A DNA stretch of 64,000 nucleotides from an uncultured Pseudomonadota bacterium. Its GTDB lineage: Bacteria > Pseudomonadota > Alphaproteobacteria > Rhodobacterales > Rhodobacteraceae. Of this stretch, positions 22,705 to 32,765 are shown piece by piece. The translations under genes and the position numbers were made by a program. Location: the NCBI GenBank assembly GCA_963837565.1, contig CAWIOC010000010.1, forward strand, positions 6,005 through 70,004. Direction: 5' to 3'. Under the pieces are notes generated by a model. That model was not told where the DNA came from and did not search any database. It worked only from the letters and a program-made list of their open reading frames with translations. How positions within the stretch are numbered: the first letter of the stretch is position 1; every line of letters begins with the position of its first letter.

Positions 22705-23854
22705 ATGCCGACGCCCATCGTCGCGCCGCCTGCCCCCCCTGCCGGCGACCTGCATTACAAATGCGACCAATGCGGCGCAGAGCTGCGCTTTGCCCCCGGC
22801 CAGAGCGTGCTGAAATGCGACCATTGCGGCCATGTCCAGCAGATCCCCGGCGCGGCCAATGCCTCGCCGACCGCGTATCGCCGAGCTTGACTATCGCCGG
22901 GCACTGGCCAACGCCCTGCCCGCCGCCGCGATGGAAGAGCGCCGCGATGTCACCTGCCCCTCCTGCGGCGCAAGCTTCCCGCTGCCGCCCGATGTCCATG
23001 CCGCGCAATGCCCGTTCTGCGCCACCCCGGTGGTCGCCGACACCGGCGCGCAACGCATGTTCAAACCGCAGGGCGTCGTGCCCTTCGCGGTGACCGAGCA
23101 GCGAGGGCCGCGCGCGCGATGACCGACTGGCTCGGCCGGCTCTGGTTCGCCCCCGAGCGGGCTGGTGGAATATGCCCGCAAGGGCCGTGCGCTGACCGGC
23201 ATCTACGTCCCCTACTGGACCTTCGACGCCGCCACCCGCACCGCCTATCAGGGCGAGCGCGGCGAATACTGGTACGAGACCCGCACCGTGATGGTCGAGG
23301 TCAACGGCCGCATGGAACAGCGCCAGGAACAGGTCCGCCACACCAACTGGTACCCGGTCTCGGGCCAGGTCGCGCGCGATTTCGACGATGTGCTGGTGAT
23401 GGCCTCGGCCAGCCTGCCGCAGCCGCTATGTCGACGGGCTGGAGCCCTGGGATCTGTCGGCGCTCAAGCCCTATGCCCCCGACTACCTCGCGGGCTTCAC
23501 GCTCCGAGGGCTATACCGTCGCGCTCGAAGATGGCCACAAGATCGCCCGCGACCAGATGGATCAGGTGATCCGCGGCGATGTCCTGAACGACATCGGCGG
23601 CGACGAACAGCGCATCGACAGCGGTGCAGACCGCGGTCTCCGACGAGACCTTCAAGCACATCCTGCTGCCGATCTGGATGGCCGCCTACAAATACGGCGG
23701 CAAGAGCTATCGCTTCGTGGTCAACGCCCAGACCGGCAAGGTGCAGGGCGAACGCCCCTGGTCGGCCTGGAAGATCACCGGCGCCGTGATCGCCGGCCTG
23801 ATCGTCGCCGGCGCGCTGGCCTACTACTACCAATACTGGCAGATGACGCACTGA
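22705..23854 (+). CDS. Double Zn-ribbon membrane protein, frameshifted
   Basis: CDQCG..CDHCG and CPSCG..CPFCA, GIYVPYWTFD, KHILLPIW, NAQTGKVQGERPWS, C-terminal TM. Confidence 0.78.
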
Positions 23855-23884
23855 GCCCGGCGGGATCGCGCGGGGGCCGGCCTG

Positions 23885-23919
23885 CGCCTCCGGCGGGAGT
23901 ATTTCTGCCAAGAAGAAGC
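23885..23919. repeat. Dispersed repeat family A, copy 4
   Basis: CGCCTCCGGCGGGAGTATTTCTGCCAAGAAGAAGC. Confidence 0.85.
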
Positions 23920-24005
23920 CGCAGGCCCGAGGCGGGACGCCGGGCAGTTGACACCGCCGCCGCTCCGCCCGATAGGGGAACCATCCCTGCCGAAAGGTCA
24001 TTGCC

Positions 24006-24954
24006 TTGCGCCTCCTCGCCAATGCCGTCATCCCAGAACTCCCCAACCCCTATTACGGCAAGGTCCGCGACAATTACGACCTGCCCGACGGGCGCCGGAT
24101 CATCATCTCTTCCGACCGGATCTCGGCCTTCGACCGCATCCTTGCGGTGATCCCCTGGAAGGGTCAGGTGCTGACCCAGGTGGCGCGGTACTGGTTCGAC
24201 GCCACCGCCGATATCTGCCCCAACCATGTGCTCGACTATCCCGACCCCAATGTGGTGATCGGCCAGCGCCTGACCATCCTGCCGGTCGAGATCGTGGTGC
24301 GCGGCTATCTCGCCGGCACCACCGGCACCTCGATCCTGACGCTCTACCGCAAGGGCCAGCGCAAGATGTACGGCCACACCCTGCCGGACGGGTTGCGCGA
24401 CAATCGCGCCGCTGCCGCGCCCGATCATCACGCCCACCTCCAAGGCCTTCGACGGCGGCCATGACGAACCGCTGACGCCCGCCCAGATCGTCGAGACCGG
24501 CCTGCTGAGCCAGCGCCAGTGGGACGAGGTCTCGGCCTATGCGCTGGCGCTTTTCGCCCGCGGTCAGACGCTGGCGCGCGAGCGCGGGCTGATCCTCGTC
24601 GACACGAAATACGAGTTCGGGATCAATGCCCTGGGCCGCATCCTGCTGGCCGATGAGATCCACACCCCGGATTCCAGCCGCTACTGGCGCGCCTCCGGCT
24701 ACGAGACCGCCTTCGCCGCAGGCAGCCGCCCGCCAAGCTTCGACAAGGATTTCATCCGCGCCTGGGTGGCGGAGCGCTGCGACCCCTACAAGGACCCGAT
24801 CCCCGAGATCCCGGTCGAGATGATCGAGCAGACCAGCCAGGTCTATATCGACGCCTATGAGGCGATCACCGGCCAGAGCTTCGCGCCCGACAGCAGCGGC
24901 GCCACCCCGCTCGAGCGGGTCCGTGCCAATCTCGCGCCCTATTTCACCACCTGA
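24006..24954 (+). CDS. purC: SAICAR synthetase, frameshift near 24405
   Basis: [47 protein letters not shown]. Confidence 0.93.
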
Positions 24955-25122
24955 CCGCGCAGGATTTGCGGAAAAGTCTAGCGACTTCGGCGCCCGCGCG
25001 CGCCGCGATGCCCGCGGCGGTTCATCCCCGATTAGGACTCTGCGGCTAAACCGGACCGGCCAGACAGCCGGAGCGGATGATGACCATGCCCACCCCCCAT
25101 CGCCACAGCGCCGCTTAGCCCG

Positions 25123-27426
25123 ATGCCGCACCGTGGGCCAAGGCGCAAACGCCTGCGCAACCGGATCACCAGCCTCGTCGGCCTGATGGCCATGCTCACC
25201 GCGCTGGTGCTGGGCGTCTACGCCTCGGTGCAGACCGTCAGCGCCACCATCGACACCGCGCAGGACGGGCTGCGCTGGGAAACCCGTCTGGTCGCCCAGC
25301 GCGTCGCCTCCGCGATCGATGAGGTCGCCTCGGACGGGCGCATCGTGCTGCAGACACCGCCGATCCTGGGCATCCTGCGCAGCACGCTCAACGGTGGCCT
25401 CGACCCGCGCGACGGCTCGCATCTGGCGGACTGGAAGGACCGCCTCGGCGCGATCTTCGCCGGTGTCATGCGCATCCGCACCGATTACCTGCAGATGCGC
25501 TACATCCAGATCGCCGGCGGCGGCCCGGAACTGGTGCGCGTCAACCGCACCCCCTCGGGGCCGGTGCGGGTGCCCGAAGATCAGCTTCAGCTCAAGGGGG
25601 CAGAGCCCTATGTCCGCGCCGGGGCCGGGCTTCCGCCCGGCGGCATCCACATCTCGCCGGTCACGCTGAACCGCGAACACGGCGCGCCCGATGGCACCGG
25701 CACCGCCACGCTGCGCGTGGTCCTGCCGGTCGTGCAGGAGGACACGACCTTCGGGCTCATCGTGATCAACATCGACTATTTCGCCATGCTGGCCCGCGTC
25801 GCCGCCTCGGCGCAGTCCAACAAGATCGTGACCGTCACCAACCGCGCCGGGGATTACCTGACCTATGACGGGACGAGCCATACCACCCGCATCGGCTTTT
25901 CCAGCGATCCCGCCTATGTCCAGCCCCCCTTCGTCGCCACGTTGCGCGCCACGTCGCAGCCGGAAACCACCTTTCCCGACATCGACGTCGACGGCACCTC
26001 GATGGCGGGCTTTGCGCTGCGCCTTCCCGAGGGCGACCGGCCCTCGGCCGGACTCACCGTCGCGCTGCGGGTGCCGCGCTCGGTGATGCTGGCCGATGCC
26101 GTGACGATCCGGCACCGCATCCTCGCCATTGCCGCGCTGATGATCCTTGGCTGCACGGTTTTCGCCGCCAGCGTCGCGCAGGTCCTGACCCGCCCGCTGC
26201 GCGACATGACCGACCGCATTCTCGAGGCCGGCGGGGCAAGCCCGCGCGGCCTGCCGCTGACCCGCAAGGACGAGATCGGCGATCTCGCCCGCTCGTTTGA
26301 CTGGATGGCCCGCTCCCTCGCCGCATCAGAGGCGCAATCCCATACCGTCCTCAATACCGTGGCCGACGGGATCCTGATGATCGACACCAGCGGCGTGATC
26401 CAGACCGTCAATCCCGCAGCCGAGGCGATGTTCGGCTATACCTCGGCAGAGCTTGTCGGTCAGGACATCGCCATGCTGATGCCACGGCAGTTCCGGGCCG
26501 CCCATCCCGACCATGTCGCAGGCTTCGTGCCGAGCGCCGGCCATATCCACCGGCCGGGGCAGATCATGGGGCACGGCCGCGAGATCACCGGCCTGCGCCG
26601 CGACGGCACCGAACTGCCGCTGGAAATCTCGATCAACGCCGCCCGCGTCGACGGGCACGAGCTGATCACCGGCGTGCTGCGCGACATCACCGAACGGCGC
26701 GAGGTCGACCGCCTCAAGATGGAATTCATCTCGACCGTCAGCCACGAGCTGCGCACCCCGCTGACCTCGATCCTCGGCGCCTTCGGCCTGCTCCGGTTCC
26801 GCCTGCAGACCGTGCTCGACGATCAGAGCCGCCGCCTGCTCGACATCGCGCAGGACAACAGCCAGAAGCTGACCCGGCTGGTCAATGACATCCTCGACAT
26901 GGAGAAGATCGGCCTGGGTCAGGTCGACTATCAGATCGAACGGGTGGGCATCGTGGCGCTGGTCGCCGATTGCCTCGCGCATCACAAGGGCTACGCCGAT
27001 CAGCACGGCGTCCACCTGAACTTCGACCCGCCCGATGACTCGCCCGACTGCCTGATCGACCCCGGGCGGTTCGAACAGGCGATGGCCAACCTGCTGTCGA
27101 ACGCCGCGAAATTCGCAAATCCGGGCACCGATGTCACCGTGGCCGTCACCCTGCCAGAGCCGGGCCGCGTCCATATCACCGTCAGCAACTTCGGCCCCGG
27201 CATCCCGAAGGAATTCGCGCCCCGCGTCTTTCAGAAATTCGCCCAGGCCGATGCCTCGGCGACCCGCGCCAAGGGCGGCACCGGCCTCGGCCTCAGCATC
27301 ACCAAGGCGATTGTCGAGGCTTTCGATGGCCACATCGGCTTCACCTCGGAACCCGATGGGGTCACCGAATTCTGGATCGACCTGCCAAGGGTCGATGCCC
27401 CTCACAGCGAAAGGGTCGCCGGATGA
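25123..27426 (+). CDS. Membrane sensor histidine kinase (periplasmic Cache-like, HAMP, PAS, HisKA, HATPase)
   Basis: Two TMs, RKDEIGDL, PAS NPAAE.MFGY, SHELRTPL, NLLSNAAKF, GTGLGL. Confidence 0.93.
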   Translation: MPHRGPRRKRLRNRITSLVGLMAMLTALVLGVYASVQTVSATIDTAQDGLRWETRLVAQRVASAIDEVASDGRIVLQTPPILGILRSTLNGGLDPRDGSHLADWKDRLGAIFAGVMRIRTDYLQMRYIQIAGGGPELVRVNRTPSGPVRVPEDQLQLKGAEPYVRAGAGLPPGGIHISPVTLNREHGAPDGTGTATLRVVLPVVQEDTTFGLIVINIDYFAMLARVAASAQSNKIVTVTNRAGDYLTYDGTSHTTRIGFSSDPAYVQPPFVATLRATSQPETTFPDIDVDGTSMAGFALRLPEGDRPSAGLTVALRVPRSVMLADAVTIRHRILAIAALMILGCTVFAASVAQVLTRPLRDMTDRILEAGGASPRGLPLTRKDEIGDLARSFDWMARSLAASEAQSHTVLNTVADGILMIDTSGVIQTVNPAAEAMFGYTSAELVGQDIAMLMPRQFRAAHPDHVAGFVPSAGHIHRPGQIMGHGREITGLRRDGTELPLEISINAARVDGHELITGVLRDITERREVDRLKMEFISTVSHELRTPLTSILGAFGLLRFRLQTVLDDQSRRLLDIAQDNSQKLTRLVNDILDMEKIGLGQVDYQIERVGIVALVADCLAHHKGYADQHGVHLNFDPPDDSPDCLIDPGRFEQAMANLLSNAAKFANPGTDVTVAVTLPEPGRVHITVSNFGPGIPKEFAPRVFQKFAQADASATRAKGGTGLGLSITKAIVEAFDGHIGFTSEPDGVTEFWIDLPRVDAPHSERVAG

Positions 27427-27938
27427 TCGACCGCCTGCAGCGCATTCTCTATGTCGATGATGATGCCCTCCCCTCTGCCCTTGTCGCCCTGACGCTGGAG
27501 GAACTCGGCGGGTTCTCGGTCACGCTCTGCGCCTCGGGGCCAGAGGCGCTGACGGCCTTCCCGCAGGCGCGCCCGCAGATGCTGCTGCTCGACGTGATGA
27601 TGCCCGGGATGGACGGGCCCGAAACCCTCCGCCGCCTGCGCCTGCTGCCCGGTGGCGCCAGGGTACCGGTGATGCTGGTCACCTCGCGCGCGGAATTCGA
27701 GGATCCGGCAGCCTACCGCAGCCTCGGCGCGCTCGGCGTGGTGATCAAACCCTTCGATCCGGCCCGGCTCTGCCACCAGATCGCCGCGATCTGGGACAGG
27801 CTGGCGCCGCCACCCGCCGAGCTTGGCCCGGTCCCGCCGCCGCGCGGCTTCGGCCCGCCCCGGCCGGGATCCGGCAGACGCGCGGCTAAGCCCGCACGCG
27901 CGACGTCCGGCCCTTCAGGATACCCGACTGCTGGATGA
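27423..27938 (+). CDS. Single-domain response regulator
   Basis: YVDDD, LLDVMMPGMDG, IKPF; ATGA overlap with the kinase. Confidence 0.88.
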   Translation: MIDRLQRILYVDDDALPSALVALTLEELGGFSVTLCASGPEALTAFPQARPQMLLLDVMMPGMDGPETLRRLRLLPGGARVPVMLVTSRAEFEDPAAYRSLGALGVVIKPFDPARLCHQIAAIWDRLAPPPAELGPVPPPRGFGPPRPGSGRRAAKPARATSGPSGYPTAG

Positions 27939-28873
27939 TGTCGGACACTTCATGCTCGCGCCGATAGGCCATGATATGCACGCCCGACACGCCCGCGATC
28001 TCGCGCATCTGCTGCACCAGCTCGATGCAGATCTTCTTGCCCTCGGCAGCCTGCTTCTCGGCCCCCTCCAGCCGCGCGATCACCGCATCCGGGATATGCA
28101 CCCCCGGCACGTTCGACCGCATCCAGCGCGCCGCCTTGGCCGAGGCGAGCGGCCCGACCCCGGCCAGGATGAACACCTTCCTGTCCAGCCCCAGATCGCG
28201 CACCCGCGCCATGAAGGCCTCGAACTGCGGCACATCGAAGATGTAATTGGTCTGGATGAACTGCGCCCCGGCCTCGATCTTCTTGGCCAGCCGCAGCGGG
28301 CGCCAGTCATGGGGCGGCACACAGGGATTTTCCGCCGCCCCCAGAAACATCCGCGGCGGCCGGGTGATCCTGCGCCCCGACAGGAACGTCCCCTCATCCC
28401 GCATCCGCCGGATCGTCTGCAACAGTGACAGCGAGTTCGAAATCGAACACCGGCTTCGCCCCCGGCTGATCCCCCGTCCCCACGCCGTCGCCGGTCAGGC
28501 AGAGCACATTCTGCACCCCCATCGCCGCCGCCCCCAGCACATCCCCTTGTATAGCAATGCGATTCCGGTCGCGGCAGGAAATCTGATAGATCGTCGAATA
28601 GCCCGCCCGGGTCAGCAGCGCGCAGATCCCGATCGAGGACATATGGCAATTGGCGCCCGAGGCATCGGTCGCGTTCAGCGCATCCGTCACCTCGGACAGC
28701 GGCCGCGCCGCCTCATAGACATCCTCCGGATCGGCACTGTCCGGCGGGTTCAGCTCGGCCGTCACGGCAAACCGCCCGGCCCGCAGCACCGCCTCCAGCC
28801 GGCTGGTCGAGGACATTCCCGGCGCCAGCGGCGCATAGCCCGGCAGCTCTCCGGCAAGGGGATAATCGCTCAT
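27886..28873 (-). CDS. metF: Methylenetetrahydrofolate reductase (MetVF type), frameshift near 28435
   Basis: TAELNPP, NATD, SCRDRNRIAIQ, LCLTGD, KKIEAGAQFIQT, GVHIMA. Confidence 0.88.
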
Positions 28874-29436
28874 GCCCGCCGCTCCGGTTCCGTGGCCTTC
28901 GGGGTCGAGGTCGGCTCGGCCCTCGCCGCCGCCGGAAAGGTCGCGGCCATCGCCGCCCGCGCCGGCCCCGCCGTGCCATCGCCGCGCTTCGCGGCCGCCC
29001 GCTCGCGGCTCGCCCGCAGCCAGGCCGAAGACCCCTGCAGGCTGCGATCCACCGGCGGCAGCACGATATTGATCCGCTCATGCCCCGCCATCTTCGCCGC
29101 CCCGTCCCAGGCCAGCACCCAGACACAGGGCATCTCCGGCTTGATCTCGCAGAACCCGCCCGGCCGCACCCCGCCGCAGGGCCCGTTGCGCAGCTGCTTG
29201 GGGCAGTTCATCGGACAGGACATGCCGGTCGAGGACAGAACGCATTGCCCGCACATCTGGCAATCGAACAGCAGGCCCTTCACCTGGCGCTCGACAAAGG
29301 CCACCGGCCGCTCGATCCGGCCATAGCCGACCTTCGCCAGGACCGGGTCCAGCGCCGTCAGCACCCCCTCCAACTGCTTGTAAATCCACTCGAAGGCCCG
29401 CGCATGGCGGTTCGCCCACAGCCTGACTGCAATCAT
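28870..29436 (-). CDS. MetV-like MTHFR C-terminal-domain (Cys-rich) protein
   Basis: CQMCGQC..CPMNCPK.LRNGPCGG..CE..PCVW; overlaps metF start. Confidence 0.85.
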   Translation of the reverse strand: MIAVRLWANRHARAFEWIYKQLEGVLTALDPVLAKVGYGRIERPVAFVERQVKGLLFDCQMCGQCVLSSTGMSCPMNCPKQLRNGPCGGVRPGGFCEIKPEMPCVWVLAWDGAAKMAGHERINIVLPPVDRSLQGSSAWLRASRERAAAKRGDGTAGPARAAMAATFPAAARAEPTSTPKATEPERRA

Positions 29437-29575
29437 CCCCGGCCCCCTCTGCTTCTGTCCCGGATGCTACGACCCGGCCCCCGCGCTGTCCAATCCGAAC
29501 ATGCGACAGCGCCCGCCACCCGCCGCAGGCTGCGCATTGATCGCGAACTGGCCGATGCCGCGGTTCGCTTGACTT

Positions 29576-30004
29576 TCAGATCCCGGGTTGCGCATCACGC
29601 CCGGGTTCATTCGGGTCGCTGGAAAACAGCGCGATCTTGTTGCCATGCGGATCGCGAAGGTAGCCGACATAGAAGTTGGGGCCATAGGACGCCCGAAAGC
29701 CGGGTTGCCCCTCGTCAGAGCCGCCTGCGGCCAGCGCCGCACCATGAAGCTCACGGACCTGTTTCTGCGATCGCGCCTGAAACGCGACCATGGCGCCGTT
29801 CCCAGCCGATGCCGATTGCCCGTTGAAGGGCGATTTGACATAGAAATCCGGCTGGACAGAGGGCTGACCCGGCACTGCGGGCAAGCTATAGCTCAGGTCC
29901 CCCTGATACTCTTCAAGCCTGTAGCCAAGCGCCGGGAGGAACGCCGAATAGAAGCGTTCCGCCTTCGCAAGGTCGTCAGCTCCGACGGTGACGTAGGCAA
30001 TCAT
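29576..30004 (-). CDS. VOC/glyoxalase family protein
   Basis: MIAYVTVGADDL..FY, GNGAMVAF, DEGQPG.R, YLRDPHGNKI. Confidence 0.9.
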   Translation of the reverse strand: MIAYVTVGADDLAKAERFYSAFLPALGYRLEEYQGDLSYSLPAVPGQPSVQPDFYVKSPFNGQSASAGNGAMVAFQARSQKQVRELHGAALAAGGSDEGQPGFRASYGPNFYVGYLRDPHGNKIALFSSDPNEPGRDAQPGI

Positions 30005-30272
30005 GCGGCGCTGCTCCTCCAAGAGCTGCGGCGATCGTGCTGGGATCGCCGTGAGATGGAAGCGTAGCATACCCGACAGCCGCCCCTGGAACAGCCGTGG
30101 CGAATGCTCGCTTTATCGGTTTGGCCGACATCAATCGCGGACCTGCCAAGGGCCTCAGTCTCAAGCTGCAGCATTCACCGCAAAGGCTGGCCCGCCCCCC
30201 AGCCTTTCCATTTGCCCCAGGGCGCTGCGCCCAGTAATGCTCTCCCACACCATCGCGCCCAAGGAGCCCCCG

Positions 30273-31196
30273 ATGATCCTGTCCTGCGGAGAAGCCCTGA
30301 TCGACATGCTGCCGCGCCAGTCGACCCTCGGGGAACCGGCCTTCGCGCCCCATGCCGGTGGCGCCGTCTTCAACACCGCCATCGCGCTCGGCCGCCTCGG
30401 CGCGCCCTCGGCTCTCTTCACCGGCCTCTCGACCGACCTCTTCGGAGAGGTGCTGACCGAAACCCTCGCCGCCTCCAGGGTCGATACCTCCTTCGCCGCC
30501 CGCTCCAACCGCGCCACCACCCTGGCCTTCGTCAAACTGGTCAATGGCCAGGCCAGCTACGCCTTCTACGACGAACAGACCGCGGGCCGGATGCTGACGC
30601 CCGACGACCTGCCCGCCCTGCCGCAACCGCTCGACGCGCTCTTCACCGGCGGCATCTATATCGGCCAGGAACCCGCCGGGTCCGCCTATGAGGCTTTGCT
30701 GAAACGCGAAGCGCCGCGCTCGGTCACCATGCTCGACCCCAATATCCGCACCAGCTTCATCCCGGACGAGGCCGCCTACCGCGCCCGCGTCGCCCGGATG
30801 ATCGCGCTGGCCGATATCGTGAAGCTCTCCGATGAAGACCTGATCTGGCTGGAAGGCGCAGGCGAGACCGCCGCCCTCGCCCGCGGCCTGCTGGAACGCG
30901 GGCCCAAGGTCATCTTCATCACCGAAGGCTCGAAAGGCGCCACCGCCTATACCGCGCAGCACAGCGTCACGGTGGCGGCGCAAAAGGTCACCGTCGCCGA
31001 TACCGTCGGCGCAGGCGACACCTTCAACGCGGGCGTGCTGGCCGCGCTGCACCGCGCCGGCATGCTGACCAAGGCCGCCATCGCCTCTGCCGCGCCCGAA
31101 ACCCTCACCGCCGCCCTGACGCTTGGCACCCGCGCCGCCGCCATCACCGTCAGCCGCGCCGGCGCCAACCCGCCCTGGGCGCACGAGCTCAGCTGA
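30273..31196 (+). CDS. PfkB carbohydrate kinase (fructokinase-like)
   Basis: [29 protein letters not shown]. Confidence 0.93.
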   Translation: MILSCGEALIDMLPRQSTLGEPAFAPHAGGAVFNTAIALGRLGAPSALFTGLSTDLFGEVLTETLAASRVDTSFAARSNRATTLAFVKLVNGQASYAFYDEQTAGRMLTPDDLPALPQPLDALFTGGIYIGQEPAGSAYEALLKREAPRSVTMLDPNIRTSFIPDEAAYRARVARMIALADIVKLSDEDLIWLEGAGETAALARGLLERGPKVIFITEGSKGATAYTAQHSVTVAAQKVTVADTVGAGDTFNAGVLAALHRAGMLTKAAIASAAPETLTAALTLGTRAAAITVSRAGANPPWAHELS

Positions 31197-31642
31197 TGCG
31201 CGCCCTGATCCAGCGCGTCACCTCCGCCTCGGTCGATGTCGACGGCACCCGCATCGGCGAGACCGGCCCCGGCCTGCTGATCCTGATCTGCGCCATGCAG
31301 GGCGATACGACAGCGCAGGCCGACCAGCTTGCCGCCAAGATCCCCAAGCTCCGCATCTTCAAGGATGAGGCGGGCAAGATGAACCGCGCGCTGCTCGATA
31401 CCGCAGGCGGCGCGCTGGTCGTCAGCCAGTTCACCCTTGCCGCCGACACCAGCCGCGGCAACCGCCCCGGCTTCTCCACCGCCGCCGCGCCCGAGGAAGG
31501 CCGCGCGCTCTACGAACACTTCGCCCGCGCGCTTGCGGCGCAGGGCATCCCGACCCAGACCGGACGTTTCGGCGCCGATATGGCGGTCAGCCTGACCAAT
31601 GACGGCCCGGTCACGATCTGGCTCGACACCGCCACCAGCTGA
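31196..31642 (+). CDS. dtd: D-aminoacyl-tRNA deacylase
   Basis: QRV, LRIF.D..GKMN, SQFTL, GNRPGF, NDGPVT. Confidence 0.96.
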   Translation: MRALIQRVTSASVDVDGTRIGETGPGLLILICAMQGDTTAQADQLAAKIPKLRIFKDEAGKMNRALLDTAGGALVVSQFTLAADTSRGNRPGFSTAAAPEEGRALYEHFARALAAQGIPTQTGRFGADMAVSLTNDGPVTIWLDTATS

Positions 31643-31681
31643 CAAGGGCTTGAGCCTGCCCGCAGTTTGGCGCAGGGTCAC

Positions 31682-31698
31682 GTCAGCCCCGCGTCAGC
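31682..31698 (+). promoter_or_regulatory. OmpR-family direct-repeat box (GTCAGC twice, 11-bp period)
   Basis: GTCAGCcccgcGTCAGC immediately upstream of the PepSY-RR-HK operon. Confidence 0.55.
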
Positions 31699-31720
31699 CT
31701 GCCGATGCGAGATGACACCC

Positions 31721-32020
31721 ATGAGACTGCTCACCATCCTGGTCCTGCTCTGCCTCGCGCTGCCGGTCCATGCCGACGACGATGATCAGGATCGCGCCCG
31801 CGCGGCGCTGGCGCGGCACGAGATTCAACCGCTGTCGCATATCCTGGCTCAGGTCAAACGGCTCCATGAAGGCACCATCGTGAACATCGAATATGAAGAT
31901 CAGGACGGCACACCGACCTATGAATTCGAGATCGTCCAGCCCTCCGGGCAGGTCATCGACCTGCGTGTCGACGCCGCCACCGGCAAGGTTCTGGGCGAGG
32001 GCGAGAATGACAGTGAATGA
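31721..32020 (+). CDS. Periplasmic PepSY-domain protein
   Basis: Signal peptide, DQDRARAA, YEFEI, VDAATGKVL. Confidence 0.85.
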   Translation: MRLLTILVLLCLALPVHADDDDQDRARAALARHEIQPLSHILAQVKRLHEGTIVNIEYEDQDGTPTYEFEIVQPSGQVIDLRVDAATGKVLGEGENDSE

Positions 32021-32063
32021 TCCCATCCCCCATAACCCCCCGCAAGAACAGGGAATTTGACTG

Positions 32064-32729
32064 ATGCGCGTACTTGCAGTCGAAGACAATCCCCGCATCG
32101 CGAAGGATCTGCAATCCGCCCTCACCGCGGCAGGCTTTCTGGTGGAAAGCTGCGCCGATGGCGAAGAGGCCTGGTTTCGGGGCGATACCGAGGCCTATGA
32201 CCTGATCGTGCTCGATCTCGGCCTGCCCCGGCTCGACGGTCTGACCGTGCTGCGGCGCTGGCGCGAGGGCGGCACCACGACGCCGGTGCTGATCCTGACC
32301 GCCCGCGGCGCCTGGACCGAACGCGTCGCGGGCATTGATGCCGGCGCCGACGATTACCTGCCCAAACCCTTCCGGATGGAGGAACTGGTGGCCCGCGCCC
32401 GCGCGCTGATCCGCCGCTCGGCCGGCAAGGCCGCGCCGACACAGGCGCATGGCGCGCTCTCGCTCGACCCCGCCAAGATGGAGATCACGCTGCGCGGCAC
32501 CCCGGTCTCGGTCTCGGCGCTGGAATATCGCCTGCTGTCCTACCTGCTGATGCACCGCGACCGTGTGCTGCCGCCAACCGAGATCCTCGAACATCTCTAT
32601 GGCGACGAAGACTCGCGTGAGGCGAATGCGCTCGAGGCGCTGATCACCCGCCTGCGCCGCAAGCTCGGCCCCGGCGTGATCGGCACAAGGCGCGGATTTG
32701 GCTATTTCCTCGAAGGCGAGGCCGCCTGA
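32064..32729 (+). CDS. OmpR/PhoP-family response regulator (FeuP-like)
   Basis: LDLGLP, GADDYLPKPF, TRRGFGY. Confidence 0.93.
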   Translation: MRVLAVEDNPRIAKDLQSALTAAGFLVESCADGEEAWFRGDTEAYDLIVLDLGLPRLDGLTVLRRWREGGTTTPVLILTARGAWTERVAGIDAGADDYLPKPFRMEELVARARALIRRSAGKAAPTQAHGALSLDPAKMEITLRGTPVSVSALEYRLLSYLLMHRDRVLPPTEILEHLYGDEDSREANALEALITRLRRKLGPGVIGTRRGFGYFLEGEAA

Positions 32730-32765
32730 CATGGCCGCCCCCGGCCAGCCCCCCGCCCTGCGACG

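Noticed and set aside
22705..23854. PriA/helicase call often attached to this Zn-ribbon family
   Set aside because: No Walker A or DExH motifs; only CxxC pairs and a TM tail
23855..24005. ZTP riboswitch before purC
   Set aside because: The spacer is occupied by repeat family A and a probable promoter; no ZTP motif seen
29437..29575. SAM-II or SAM/SAH riboswitch before metV-metF
   Set aside because: No recognisable consensus, and the predicted promoter leaves only a short leader
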